A stretch of 64,000 nt of DNA from Octopus vulgaris (Eukaryota), in contig OX597823.1 of the NCBI GenBank assembly GCA_951406725.2, positions 78,430,001 through 78,494,000 of the forward strand, written 5' to 3'. Shown here in pieces: positions 26,548 through 38,008 of the stretch. The position numbers and the translations under genes were made by a program. How positions within the stretch are numbered: the first letter of the stretch is position 1; each line of letters opens with the position of its first letter. The notes beneath the pieces are model-generated. The model did not search any database. It had not been told where the DNA came from and was given only the letters and a program-made list of their open reading frames with translations.

Positions 26548-26593
26548 TCTTACAGCTGTTACTGGGATATTAGGGATATCTCTTCATCAGAGA
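26548..26593 (-). ncRNA. Degenerate minimal hammerhead ribozyme motif (PLE type)
   Basis: Minus strand: tct-CTGATGA-agagatatccctaatatccca-GTAAC-agct-GTA-aga. Stem I is tct/aga, stem II is gatat/atatc, stem III is the palindrome acagctgt, and GAAA is mutated to GTAA. Confidence 0.6.
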
Positions 26594-26726
26594 TGTTATG
26601 AGAGAGTTAGCTAAGAGGGAAATAGAGTTCAATATAAGGAGCACTTACATAGACTTACCTGCCATCTTGAATCTTCTGGATACCAATAGCTCTCATATAT
26701 ATATATACTTATTTCTTTGCCGCATT

Positions 26727-26780
26727 TATCACTGATGAAGGGAAGTTTCTTATGAACTAACTCTGAAATCGGGTCTGATA
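26727..26780 (+). ncRNA. Minimal type-I hammerhead ribozyme (Penelope-like-element type), near intact
   Basis: TATCA-CTGATGA-[agggaagtttc ttat gaactaactct]-GAAA-tcgg-GTC-TGATA. Shows a 5-bp stem I (TATCA/TGATA), canonical CUGAUGA and GAAA cores, an imperfect stem II and a GUC cleavage triplet. Confidence 0.75.
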
Positions 26781-26920
26781 TGGTAATAACGGGATTTTTT
26801 AGAAATTTCTGTCAGCTTTCTTCGAAATGCGTGCTTGTAGTGATAAATTATATGGTTATTGATGTTATGTCTATTTTTGGCATATTTTGGCATTAGAAAT
26901 TTTTTCCTTTGCCCTTACTT

Positions 26921-26961
<41 letters not shown>

Positions 26962-26964
26962 CAT

Positions 26965-27152
26965 AGGGAGAATTCACAAAAAAAAAAAGACGAAGACATG
27001 TGGTTAGACAACAAACAGATGTATTAGTTTAATGCTCAGGAAGTGAGAAAGTTTTTAATATTTCGAGCCTATGCTCTTCCACAGAAAGGAACACAGAAAG
27101 AAACGAGGAGAGAAAATTAAGAATGTGTAGTGGCTAGCGATCTGTCATGGCA
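26965..27152 (-). mobile_element. Short Penelope-like relic (family P3, copy 1) with hammerhead-like motif at 27052-27088
   Basis: Homologous to 48031-48180 and 49447-49650 and flanked by (TA)n. Minus strand ctttctgtgGAAGAgcataggctcGAAAtattaaaa. Confidence 0.55.
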
Positions 27153-28800
27153 AAACATATATATGTGTATGTATGTATATATATATAAATGTGTGTGTGT
27201 GTGTGTAGGTATATCACATGACAATGTTTTCACTGTATCTTTTAGTCATTGTCATGAAGTTAGATGAATAAGAAAGAAATAAAAAATGTATTTCTTTTGG
27301 GTTTTTAATTTAAAACAACATCGTGTGTGGCTAAAATTTCAGTGAAAATGGACTTGGTAATTAAAAAAATTCATATCTAATTAATATTTGATGTTTTGTA
27401 ATAATTATCTTTTCCTTTTTTTTCCATTCAAAACTTTATTTAGAATGTAGTGCTCACATGACTGTATGTTAAATATTCAGATATTTTTGCAAGCATTTTA
27501 CATTGTTGGTTGTGTAGAACATGCCTGGACAAAGCAGAAGGACTAGCAGCAATAATAATTACAAAGAAACTGTAGTTTTGTGCTCATGGAATTTTATTCC
27601 AACATCACAAACGGAAAACATATTTGTCCTCGAACTTAAAACTTAAGCCTTTTTGTAAATGCATCTATACTACTACTATACATGAATATTTAAATAAGCT
27701 GTCAAGTGAGAAATTGAATTATAGTAATTGGACATTAAAGTTTTCCTAATGAAATACTGTCCTCTGTACTTAATTTTTTATTTTTAATCTTTAATGAAAA
27801 GTCTAGCCTTCAATTATTTATTCATTAGGTTTAAGTGAAGTTAATATCATTTTTGGAGTGCAACAAAGGAAGCTATTTTCATTTTAATGGAGGAAAAAGA
27901 TCAGTTAACAATAATTCTTATCTATAATTCTTTTTACTGTTAATACTCTGTTTAGATAAATTGAAAGAGTCCGGAGAAGTTTTAATGGAATAAGTTCTAA
28001 GTAATACTTGTTTTTAACTTTTAATAACTACATCTGTTTGTCTTTTTCATTTTCTGTCTTATACCATATTCCATTCCCTTTGTGCAGCAACTTTGGGCTA
28101 CCAAAACCTAAAGCCAAACAATGCCTAGTGAGTAATAGGCAGTAGAAACTAGTGTTAATTTTGCCTTTGTAAATAGTTAATGATAAATTCTTTAAGAATT
28201 TCATAACAATACTTATAGACTAGATTTTGGAGGGTCAGCAAATGAAAGAGAAATCTCCCACTGAATAGAATTCTTTTCTATAACAGTTAGATTTTCTGAA
28301 ACGAGGTGTTGCATTTCTTTCTGTTACACAGACAGAGCAATATATATCGAAGTGTTCTTCCAAGAGATACTAAAATTGTTAGCTTTGGCATTTTACATTT
28401 CTGCTTCCAGAAGTAACTTAAAAATTCCCAAGTGTTTTACATGGGAATAAAAATGATTTTGTTATTCAAAGCCATGAGGGTATTTTTATTTCATCACCTA
28501 ACAAGGATGGAAATATTTCAAATCATTCCATATTGTCTTTTAAAAAAAATGAAGCGCCACATTGAGTATTTTAATGGTACTCCTCATAAAAAGCAATGTG
28601 GTCTGAGTTATAATGCCTTTAATTATAAGCCTGGCCTATATTGAGTGACCTGGGGATAAAGAACAAGAATCACCATATAAAATGTCCAGTGAACTACATA
28701 GTCCATCAGTTCTTAGCACCATTAAAGGTCAGTATATATCAGTCATAAGTAATTACATGTCTGCATACCCATATTTTTTTATGAGTGCATAGTTGTGAGT

Positions 28801-29085
28801 TCTTTTATTCTTTTATTGGTTTCAGTCATTTGACTGTGGCCATGCTCGAGCACCGCCTTTTAGTCAACCAAATCAACTCCAGGACTTATTCTTTGTAAGC
28901 CTAGTACTTATTCTATCGGTCTCTTTTGCCAAACCACTAAATTATGGGGACATAAACACATCAACATCAGTTGTCAAGTGATGGTGGGGAGACAAACACA
29001 GACACACAAAGATATATATGTATATATATATATATATGATGGGTTGCTTTCAGTTTCTATCTACCAAATCCACTCACAAGGCTTC
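28801..29085 (-). mobile_element. Family A SINE 3' part, abutting a family C copy
   Basis: Reverse complement of the A tail and body. Confidence 0.88.
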
Positions 29086-29094
29086 TTTATCACA

Positions 29095-29377
29095 TAATGA
29101 TGCCAAGCGCGAATGTCACTGCTGCCTTGACTGGCTTCCATGCCAGTGGCACATAAAAAGCACCAACCGATAGTGGTCGTTGCAAGCCTCCTCTGGCCCC
29201 TGTGCCATTGGCACATAAAAAGCATGCACTACACTCTCGGAGTGGTTGGCATTAGGAAGGGCATCCAGCTGTAGAAACACTGCCAGATCAGACTGGAACT
29301 TGGTGCAGCCTCCTGGCTTCCCAGACCCCAGTCAAACCATTCAACTCATTAAACGATGATGATGATGATGATGATGT
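29095..29377 (+). mobile_element. Family C retroposon
   Basis: Two gtggcacataaaa(a)gca units, ggaagggcatccagctgtag and a (gat)n tail. Confidence 0.85.
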
Positions 29378-30505
29378 TACACACATGTATGAGTATGTTT
29401 GTGTATATGTGTTTATATATTTTCTAATTTATTATTAAAGAAACATTACAATTATTGTAATGCATTTAGCTTCAATCCTACCATATGTCACCTTGGGTGA
29501 GTGTTTCCTACTATAACTTAATCAAAGCTTTGTGAGTGGATATGGTAGATGGAAACTGAAAGAAGCTCATCATGCATATATGTATGAATGTCAGTGTGTA
29601 TATGGTTGCACCTTCTTGTTTTGACATTATATGAGTGTTCTAAATGAATGTCATTCATTTCCAGTATTCTGTATAAATATGTTTGGCTATGGGTATACAT
29701 TATCTTACTTAAGGTAAGGGTTGGAAACAGGAAGAGCATCCAGCCAAAGAAATTCTGCCTCAGTAAACTCCATTCAGTCCATGTGAGCATGGAAATTGGA
29801 GCATTAAAACAATGATGTTAATGGTTATTTCTTTTGCTACTGCTACTCAGTTCCAGTAAAGAATCTGGAATTGGAATGGCTCAAACAGGGTGATTTCTTG
29901 TCTACACATAAGATGGCAAAGTCTTTGGGAGTAAACTATCCATTAAGGATTTAGGTCAGTCTCATAACCCTTTATGTATATTTTTGCTTGAATGGTGCCA
30001 CAAATTATGTCCTAATAATGAACAAACTGTAGTCTTTAATAAACTCCTAAGAGGAAAGTTTGTAAATATTGCAGCTAACGTACAAAAAATATTCAGCAAT
30101 AATTCTTATTTTTAAAATATGGTGTCAAACTCTTTGGGATGATAATATTTTAAAGGAATCAAAAGAACAGTAAAAAAAAACCATCAAAGTATTTTGAGAA
30201 TTTCATTTTAGATCCTAAAGAACTGAGGCAAACAGAAGAATATAATTCTGTCAAGATAACGACACTAGAAATAAATTGTGTAAATTGACAGAAAACGGTA
30301 AAGGAATGTTTGTCAGCTTCATTACTGGGTTAAAGATGAAACATTATTATCCTAGCCTTTACGACATTTTCAGAATTAAACTTCCTGATAAAGATCTGTG
30401 TATTTTGTTTCTTTTATTTTATTTTTTTAATTATTTTCTTTCCTGTATTTGTGTATTTATCTAATATTATTAGTCACCATTTGCCTTCTGAAAGCTTTTA
30501 ATAAA

Positions 30506-31100
30506 CCCTTACATGTTAAAATGATAACTAGAAAAATATAAATACACTAATTATATAATACTGTCATAAAGAGAATGAACAGAATTCACAACTATTGTTT
30601 TTTTTTGTTATTAATCATGCGAAAATAAGATCTGCTGAGACATTCAAACTATTTTTATATAAATATACATATTGTTTTCTCGCAAACATTGCAACTAAAT
30701 TATATTGTAATTGACACAACTCATCTTTATTTTGAGTAGGTGTTTTTGTTACCCTCTTCCTTCAGCAATGACAATTATCAATAACATTCCACTGACATCT
30801 TCCTTTTCCACCACTTGTAACTTCATTCCGGATACAATATTTACTGACAAGTTATTAATTCTCGCAGTTGATGTTGACAATTTCTGTATTAGCTATAGCA
30901 TATTCATAAGAATATGGAAAAACCTTTAACCTGTTCACTTCCCTTATCTTTTGACTACAATATGCAATCTTTGCCACAAATAGAGATGAGAAATATTTAT
31001 CGCAGACAGGAACATACATGCATTTCAAAATATAAATTAGAAGAAAGCCTTCTTAATTATTTGTTATACAGTTATGAAATTGTGAAGTCTACTACAGCTG
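30506..31100 (-). pseudogene. Possible decayed piggyBac transposase C-terminus
   Basis: Minus-strand fragments KVFPYSYEYAIAN and CNVCEKTIC. The end cccttacatg resembles the ttaa|cccttacatt end at 3593. Confidence 0.35.
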
Positions 31101-31439
31101 ACAGCAGTTGAAAAAGGAGAATTCTAATATATACTCAGATGACATTATTGTATTATAAAAGCAAATCAAATTGCTGTGGAATGTGTCTAAGGCATGAATA
31201 ATTACTCACAACAAACAACATCATCTAACAGCAGCCGTATTTTCAAATCTGTTATTTTAATTATCTTTACTTTCATTGCTCAACTTTGATGGTTCTGTCA
31301 GTAACAACACAGTCTTGAAAAACAACCAGTTTCTCTACTTACTCACTGTAAAACTAATTATTTTTGAGCCAATAAGTGAGCTTCTACAAGCAACCACAAA
31401 GTATCTCTTAAAACACATCTACCATTTGTAAAAAAAAGG

Positions 31440-32292
31440 GCCAGCAAATTAGGGAAGGGGATAAATCTATTGCCTTGACCCCCAATGTTCAACTGGTACT
31501 TATTTTATCAACCTCAAAAGGATGAAAGGTAAAGTCGACCTTGGCAGGATTTGAACTTAGAACATAAGAACAAATAAAATGACCCTAAGCATTTCACCCA
31601 GCATGCTAATGATTCTGCTGTCTCAATAATCCTTTCTATGATAAGCACAAGACTTGAAACTTTTGTGGGTGGGGCCTAATTGATTACATTGACCATAGTA
31701 CTTGACTGGTTCTTATTTCATTGACCCTTAAAGGATAAAAGACAATGTTGACTTTCGGGGGATTTAACCTCAGAATGTAAAGGCAGATGAAACGCTGATA
31801 AGCATTTTGCCTGCCATGGTAACGATTCTGCTGGTTGTTGACCACCTTTAAAATTATACTAATAATAATCTTTACTGAAGGACTAGTCAATTACATTGTT
31901 CCCCTGGTACTTGACTGATATTTATTTCATTGACTCCATAAGGATGAATAGCAAATTGACTTCAGTGGAATTCAACCTCAGAATGTAAAGATGGACAAAA
32001 TGTTGCAAAGCATTTTATCTAGTGTGCTAACAAGTCTACCAACTCACAGCCTTGATGACAATGATGAGAATGAAGGTGGGGAGGGGTCAAATTTTGGCAC
32101 AAAGCCAGCAAGTTTGTGGAGGGTGTAATTTGATTCCATTGACCCAAGTACGCATCTGGTAATTATTTTATCGATCCTGAAAGGATAAAAGGCAAAGTTG
32201 ACGATGGCAGAATTTGAACTCAGAACCTGAGGACAGATGAAATATCATGAAGCATTTTACTCAGCTTACTGACGATTCTGCCAGTTCACCAT
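31440..32292 (-). mobile_element. Head-to-tail run of four degenerate family B SINE monomers
   Basis: The aaggat(g/a)aa...gattt(g/a)a(c)ctcagaa block recurs at about 31520, 31730, 31940 and 32180. Confidence 0.8.
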
Positions 32293-32884
32293 TTTAATGA
32301 TAATAATAGTAGTGGTAAACATCTATGTGATAGGTTAGTGTAAACATTTGAAAATTTGTGGCTGTAGAAACATCAAATCATGTTAACACAGAAAGTGTGT
32401 TAAAGAATTATTTAAAGAACACAGTTATTCACATTAAGGGGCATTTATACAAGGGTTGATAATCAATACAAATTTCATTAGAGTTGAAACAATAACCTAG
32501 ATAAAGTTTGCTGATAACGCAAATTCTGATTGGTCACAAACTACTGGCTATCTTATAATAAATCTGGCTGATATAATTAAGAAGTTGGCATAAAGGTCAT
32601 TCAGTGTGCCAACTATCTGTTTGATGGCAGAGTACCTGACATTGTTGAAGATTTCATTAGTTAGAATCAACTTACATAGATTATGGCATTATTTCTTGAG
32701 AAAACATCTTGTTACACTAAATTCAATTCTTTGGAAAATACTCAGTGTTCTTAGCACTTTTGTTTGTTTTTTTTTTTTTGTTTTTTTTCAAGGGCGTCTA
32801 TAAAATCAATCAGATTTTTGCTTTTAGCATTTAGCTATTGAAAGCAATTTAGTAGATGTTTTGGAAGAAGATTGCTTTTCAATC

Positions 32885-33280
32885 ATATGGTTCTAGGTTC
32901 AGTTTCACTACGAGGAACCTTGAGCAAGTTGACCAATGTCTTGTGAGTGGAGTTAAAAGATGAATGCAAAAAGAAGCCCATCATGTATGTGTGTGTGTCT
33001 GTGTGTGAGTGCGTATGTGTGTCTGTCTGTTGGTCTATCTGTGTGTGCATGCATGTGTTTGTGTATGTTTCTTTAAGGTTGTGTTTGTCCCACACCACCT
33101 TTTGACAACCGTTGTTGGTTTGTTTATGTCCCCATAACTTAGCGGTTCAGTGAAAGAAACTGACAGAATAAGTACCAGGTTTAGAAAAAGGGGGAAACAT
33201 TAATTGGGTACTGGGTTTGATTTGTTCGACAAAACCCTTCAAAGGGGTGCCTTCTCAGCATGGTCAAAGTTCAACTCAAA
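32885..33280 (+). mobile_element. Family A SINE, degenerate
   Basis: catatggttctaggttcag...cataacttagcggttcag...ataagtaccagg. Confidence 0.8.
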
Positions 33281-33856
33281 GACAGTCTTATATTGTTACT
33301 GCTTCTTCTGAATAAAAAAAATTTTTCCAGATAATGGTGCATGCAGCTCTCAAAGACACAGCGCTATAGAATTATATCACCAGAAAAACATGATTTTGTA
33401 TCCATAAAATGGTACAAGAAAAACGTAGGGTTAACTCACAAGTAGCATAATATATTCAAGAAGTCCTAGAAATTTCAGAATAGCCTTAAGGAAGTTCTGC
33501 ACTGAGTGTAATACAATGCAATCATTGGCCATGTGTATAAATGGTAAAAGAATATTTACACTCTCAAAAGTTTGTAATGCTTTCAGTAAATTTCAAGTGA
33601 AACCTTTTATAAGTTTCTGAAATTAAATAAAAATGACAGTCTTATTTGAAATAGTCTTGCATATCAATCAGCCATTCAAAGGTAGCGTAGGTTTATTTAC
33701 TGAATTTTTGTATTGGAAAGTTTACTTTAAAGTGATGTTGTTTTTTTCATCCCCCATGTGTTTTCCTTTTCTTTGATATCAATGCACAAGTATGTAAGTG
33801 TAATTAATATGTCGCGCGTGTGTGTGTGTGTATGCATTTGTGTATGTATATATATA

Positions 33857-33910
<54 letters not shown>

Positions 33911-33917
33911 CATATAC

Positions 33918-33968
<51 letters not shown>

Positions 33969-34559
33969 GTTAACAAAAGAAATAGAGATAAAACACAAGG
34001 TAAAAACGTGAGGACATTGTACATGTAAAGTATTAAGACATATATATATATTTGAATGTATGTATATATGTATGTTTGTGTGTGTATATATATATATATT
34101 TATATATATATGCATACATATATTTATATACATATAAAAGCATACATATGTATCTTACCAAAATTATGAAGTTGTTTCACTGAATTCTTTAGAACTTATT
34201 GAGAATCTTTATTGCTAAGAAGAACAAAGCTATGGACAAAAGTAAAGAAAGAGAGACAATGAGAGAGTGCCAGGTTGTATAAAGGAGGTGGCACAAATTT
34301 TGAAAACATAACAGTTAAATCCTATATTTGATTAAAACACTGAAGTACAAAGAAAAATTATGAGTTCAGATTTAAAGAATGAGAAAATAATTTTGAAAGT
34401 AAACCCATTAAGTTTCATATTTAGGTAAATGTTAATTATGTATTGTTTAGTAATGACTGAGTCTGTCGTTGTGTTTAAGTCATGTAACTAATTCTGAAAT
34501 AATTCTAAGTTTACTGATATGTATCATATTTCTATAGCTTAAGGTTGTCATTAATAATA

Positions 34560-34945
34560 GTTTCAAATTTTGACACAAGGCTAGCAAGTTCAGGTTTACA
34601 TCGACTCCAGTACACAACTGGTACTTTTTTTATCAACTTCAAAAAGAAGCAAAGGCAAAAATCAACCTTGGCATAATTTGAACTCAGACCATTAAGACAG
34701 ATGAAATGCTACTAAGTATTTTGCCCGGTGTGCTAATGGTTCTGCCAGCTCACTGCCTTTATGACAATGATGATGAAGGTGGTGGTATTGGTTTCAAATT
34801 TTGGTACAAGGCCAGCAAGATTGGGGAGGGTGTAATTTGATTCCATTGACCCCAGTATGTGACTGGTAATTATTTTATCAATCCTGAAAGGATAAAAGGC
34901 AAAGTCAACCTTGGCAAAATTTGAACTCAGAACCCGAAGACAGGT
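34560..34945 (-). mobile_element. Two tandem family B SINE monomers
   Basis: Two copies of the reverse-complement core, the second truncated. Confidence 0.8.
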
Positions 34946-35244
34946 TGGGATTCATAATAAAAAACTTTTTTTGATAGTAAATGAATATATGGATTATAGT
35001 TTTTAGGTAGTTCGTTTTGTATTTGGGCTGCAAGATTCTTGGTGTGAATTTGTACATTTTGCTGTCTTGGGTGGGTCATCATGCCAATAATAACACATGC
35101 ACAGGTTCAATTCTACTTCTTTATTGTTAGACAGTTGGTTAAATATCTAATCAGCTAACTAATGAATTGTTTGTTTAACATGGAGGTTAAGCACTCAGTT
35201 GGTTGTTTGTTTGTCAAAGTTCTATCATCACTGTTTGTGATGAT

Positions 35245-35648
35245 AGGCAGCAAGCTGGCAGAATCGTTAGCATGCTGGGTGAAATGCTTAGTGGTATTTC
35301 ATCTGCCGCTACATTCTGAGTTCAAATTCCGCTGAGGTCGACTTTGCCTTTCATTCTTTCGGGGTCATTTAAATAAGTACAATTTATGCACTGGGGTCGA
35401 TATAATCGAATTTGTCCGTTTGTCTGTCCTTGTTTGTCCTCTCTGTGTTTAGCTCTTTGTGAGTAGTAAAGAAATAGGTATTTCATCTGCTGCTATGTTC
35501 TGAGTTCAAATTCCACCAAGATCAGCTTTGCCTCTCATCCTTTCAGGGTCAATAAATTAAGTACCAGTTGCATACTGGGGTCGATCTAATCAACTACCCC
35601 CTCCTCCAAAATTTCAGTCCTTGTGTCTATAGAAGAAAGGATTATTAT
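35245..35648 (+). mobile_element. Dimeric family B SINE
   Basis: ggcagcaagctggcagaatcgttagc head, two cores, tail agaaaggattatt. Confidence 0.88.
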
Positions 35649-37019
35649 CATAACAACTCTCTCAAGACACAAGACTTTAGTTAGGTTATATAAAGTTGTA
35701 GATTTGTTTATGTTTCAGGCAATATAAAATATTATTGTCAATGAAGCTCTAGAACTCTTAGGAATATTATTTCTGAAGTCTACTACAAATGAACTGGGAT
35801 GCAAATTGAATGAAAGGAAATCAGAAAAATAATGCTAATCATGAAACAAAGGCTAAAAGGGGTCTGTAGTTATTTTTTTTTAGATTATTATGAAGTGAAA
35901 TAGCTTACCACTTTATGTACTGAGATGAGAATAAATGAAGCTAAATAAATGAGTGTTTAGATTTGATTGAAAATTAAAATGTATTTTGAATAATAAACGA
36001 CATGGTAATGTGGAAATTAAGAGATACTCAGTAATGTAAACAGTATGAAAAATGGACCCAGAACCTTCAGAAGGGTGAATACAAAGGGACATAGCTGCAA
36101 AGCATTTATTATCAGATAAGCACATGATTGACCAAACTAGTAGATGTTGTTATACATCACTGATTACAATGCACTTTGCTTCATTTTAGCTTTCAAATTA
36201 TGTCACCCTACTGGCTAAGTGAGCAGGTTAACATTCCCCCTTATCAGAAAGCCAGTCCATCCGAGTGTTAACCCATTTACAGCTGAGCTGACTGGAACAA
36301 TGTGAAATGAAGTGTTCAGCTCAAGAACCAATGCACTATTCAAACCAGGAGTCGAACCCACAATCTAGCGATTGTTAGTGCAACGCTCTAATAACTAAGC
36401 CAAATGCCCTCATCAAAAACATTTATCATAAATACACAAAATGTATCAAAATGTGAATAAATCTCATAATAAATAATATAAAGATACATGAACTTATAAA
36501 GAAAAAGAAATTTAGTGTATTAAGCGATTTAGGCAAAAATGTAGGCATCCATATGTATACATAAATGTGTATATATAGAACATACACACAGATTACACCA
36601 CATTTACACACAGGCACAAAAATATATTTATTCTCACTTATACGAGTGCGTATATATATATATATATATACTATATCTCTGTCCCTTAATCTGTGTGTGT
36701 GTGTGTGTGTTTGTACCAATAATGGTATCTTCTGTCAACATTTCAGTAATCCAGCAATATTATATATAAAAAAATTACGTATCTCTGAAGATTTGGCAAA
36801 ACAGTTAGATAATGTAATCTACATTACATAACTAACAATAACTTTTGTTAATGAAATATGCCTGAGATGGTGTAACAAAATATCTTATAAACAATCTCAT
36901 GTTTTTTTTTTATTATTTTCAATATATACACACAAAGGCTGATACATATAAGGAGAGAGAGAATATATAAATATATATTTGGAACTTTTAAATGTAAATA
37001 TTTGTGTACGATATTAGTG

Positions 37020-37053
<34 letters not shown>

Positions 37054-37501
37054 ATATCTGTGTTTATAAGATTTGATATTTTTATCATATTTGCTTATAT
37101 ATTTATATAAAGATGTAGTCTCACTTTTACAAATGTATTTTTATTCATAACAATATTCTATCATTTCTGTTCCTTCTAGATTTAATTCTAAAAATTGTTT
37201 TGCCTTCTTTCCTATTTCTCGAACCGCATAGATTTTTGAAAACACATCTTTCATTTTTTTTCTCTAATTCAAAGATTACATATACTTACATTATTTAGTA
37301 TGCAAAGGCAAGGAGCTAATATAATTGTAAGCATGTCAGACAAAATACTTAGCAGTATTTCAACCATTCTTTACATTCTGAGTTCAAATTCCACCGAGGG
37401 GTGAGCAAACCAAGTACCATTGAGCACTTGGCTCAATGTAATCAACTAGCCCCACCCCAGGTTTTGTACCTATAGTAGAAAGAATTATTTAGTATGCATC
37501 T

Positions 37502-37727
37502 TTTATTTTTTATTTTACTTGTTTCAGTCATTATACTGTAGCCATGCTGAGGCACTGCCTTGAAGAAGTTTCAATTGATTTAATCCCTGTACCTTTATTT
37601 CAAGCATGGTACACTTATTCTATCGATCTCGCTTGCCAAACTGTTAAGTTATAGGGACTTAAGTACACCAACACTGGTTGTCAAGCAGTAATGGTTGGGG
37701 TGGGGGAAAAACAGAGGCACAAAGACG

Positions 37728-37773
<46 letters not shown>

Positions 37774-37788
37774 TATATATATATATAC

Positions 37789-37851
<63 letters not shown>

Positions 37852-38008
37852 CATACACATATACATACACATGACAGGCTTCTTTCAGTTTCTGCTTACC
37901 AAATCCATTCACAAGGCTTTGGTTTGGCCTGAGGCTGTAGTAGAAAACTTTTGCCCAAGATGTCCCACAATGGAACTGAAACCAGAATCATGAGGTTGGG
38001 AAGTAAAT
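37502..38008 (-). mobile_element. Family A SINE
   Basis: Reverse-complement consensus with an internal (TA)n. Confidence 0.85.

Noticed and set aside
36774-36818. attacgtatct-CTGAAGA-tttggc-AAAAC-agtt-agataatgtaat hammerhead-like motif
   Set aside because: Good stem I, but GAAA is absent and stem II cannot form. It is single-copy here and could be chance or a very old relic.
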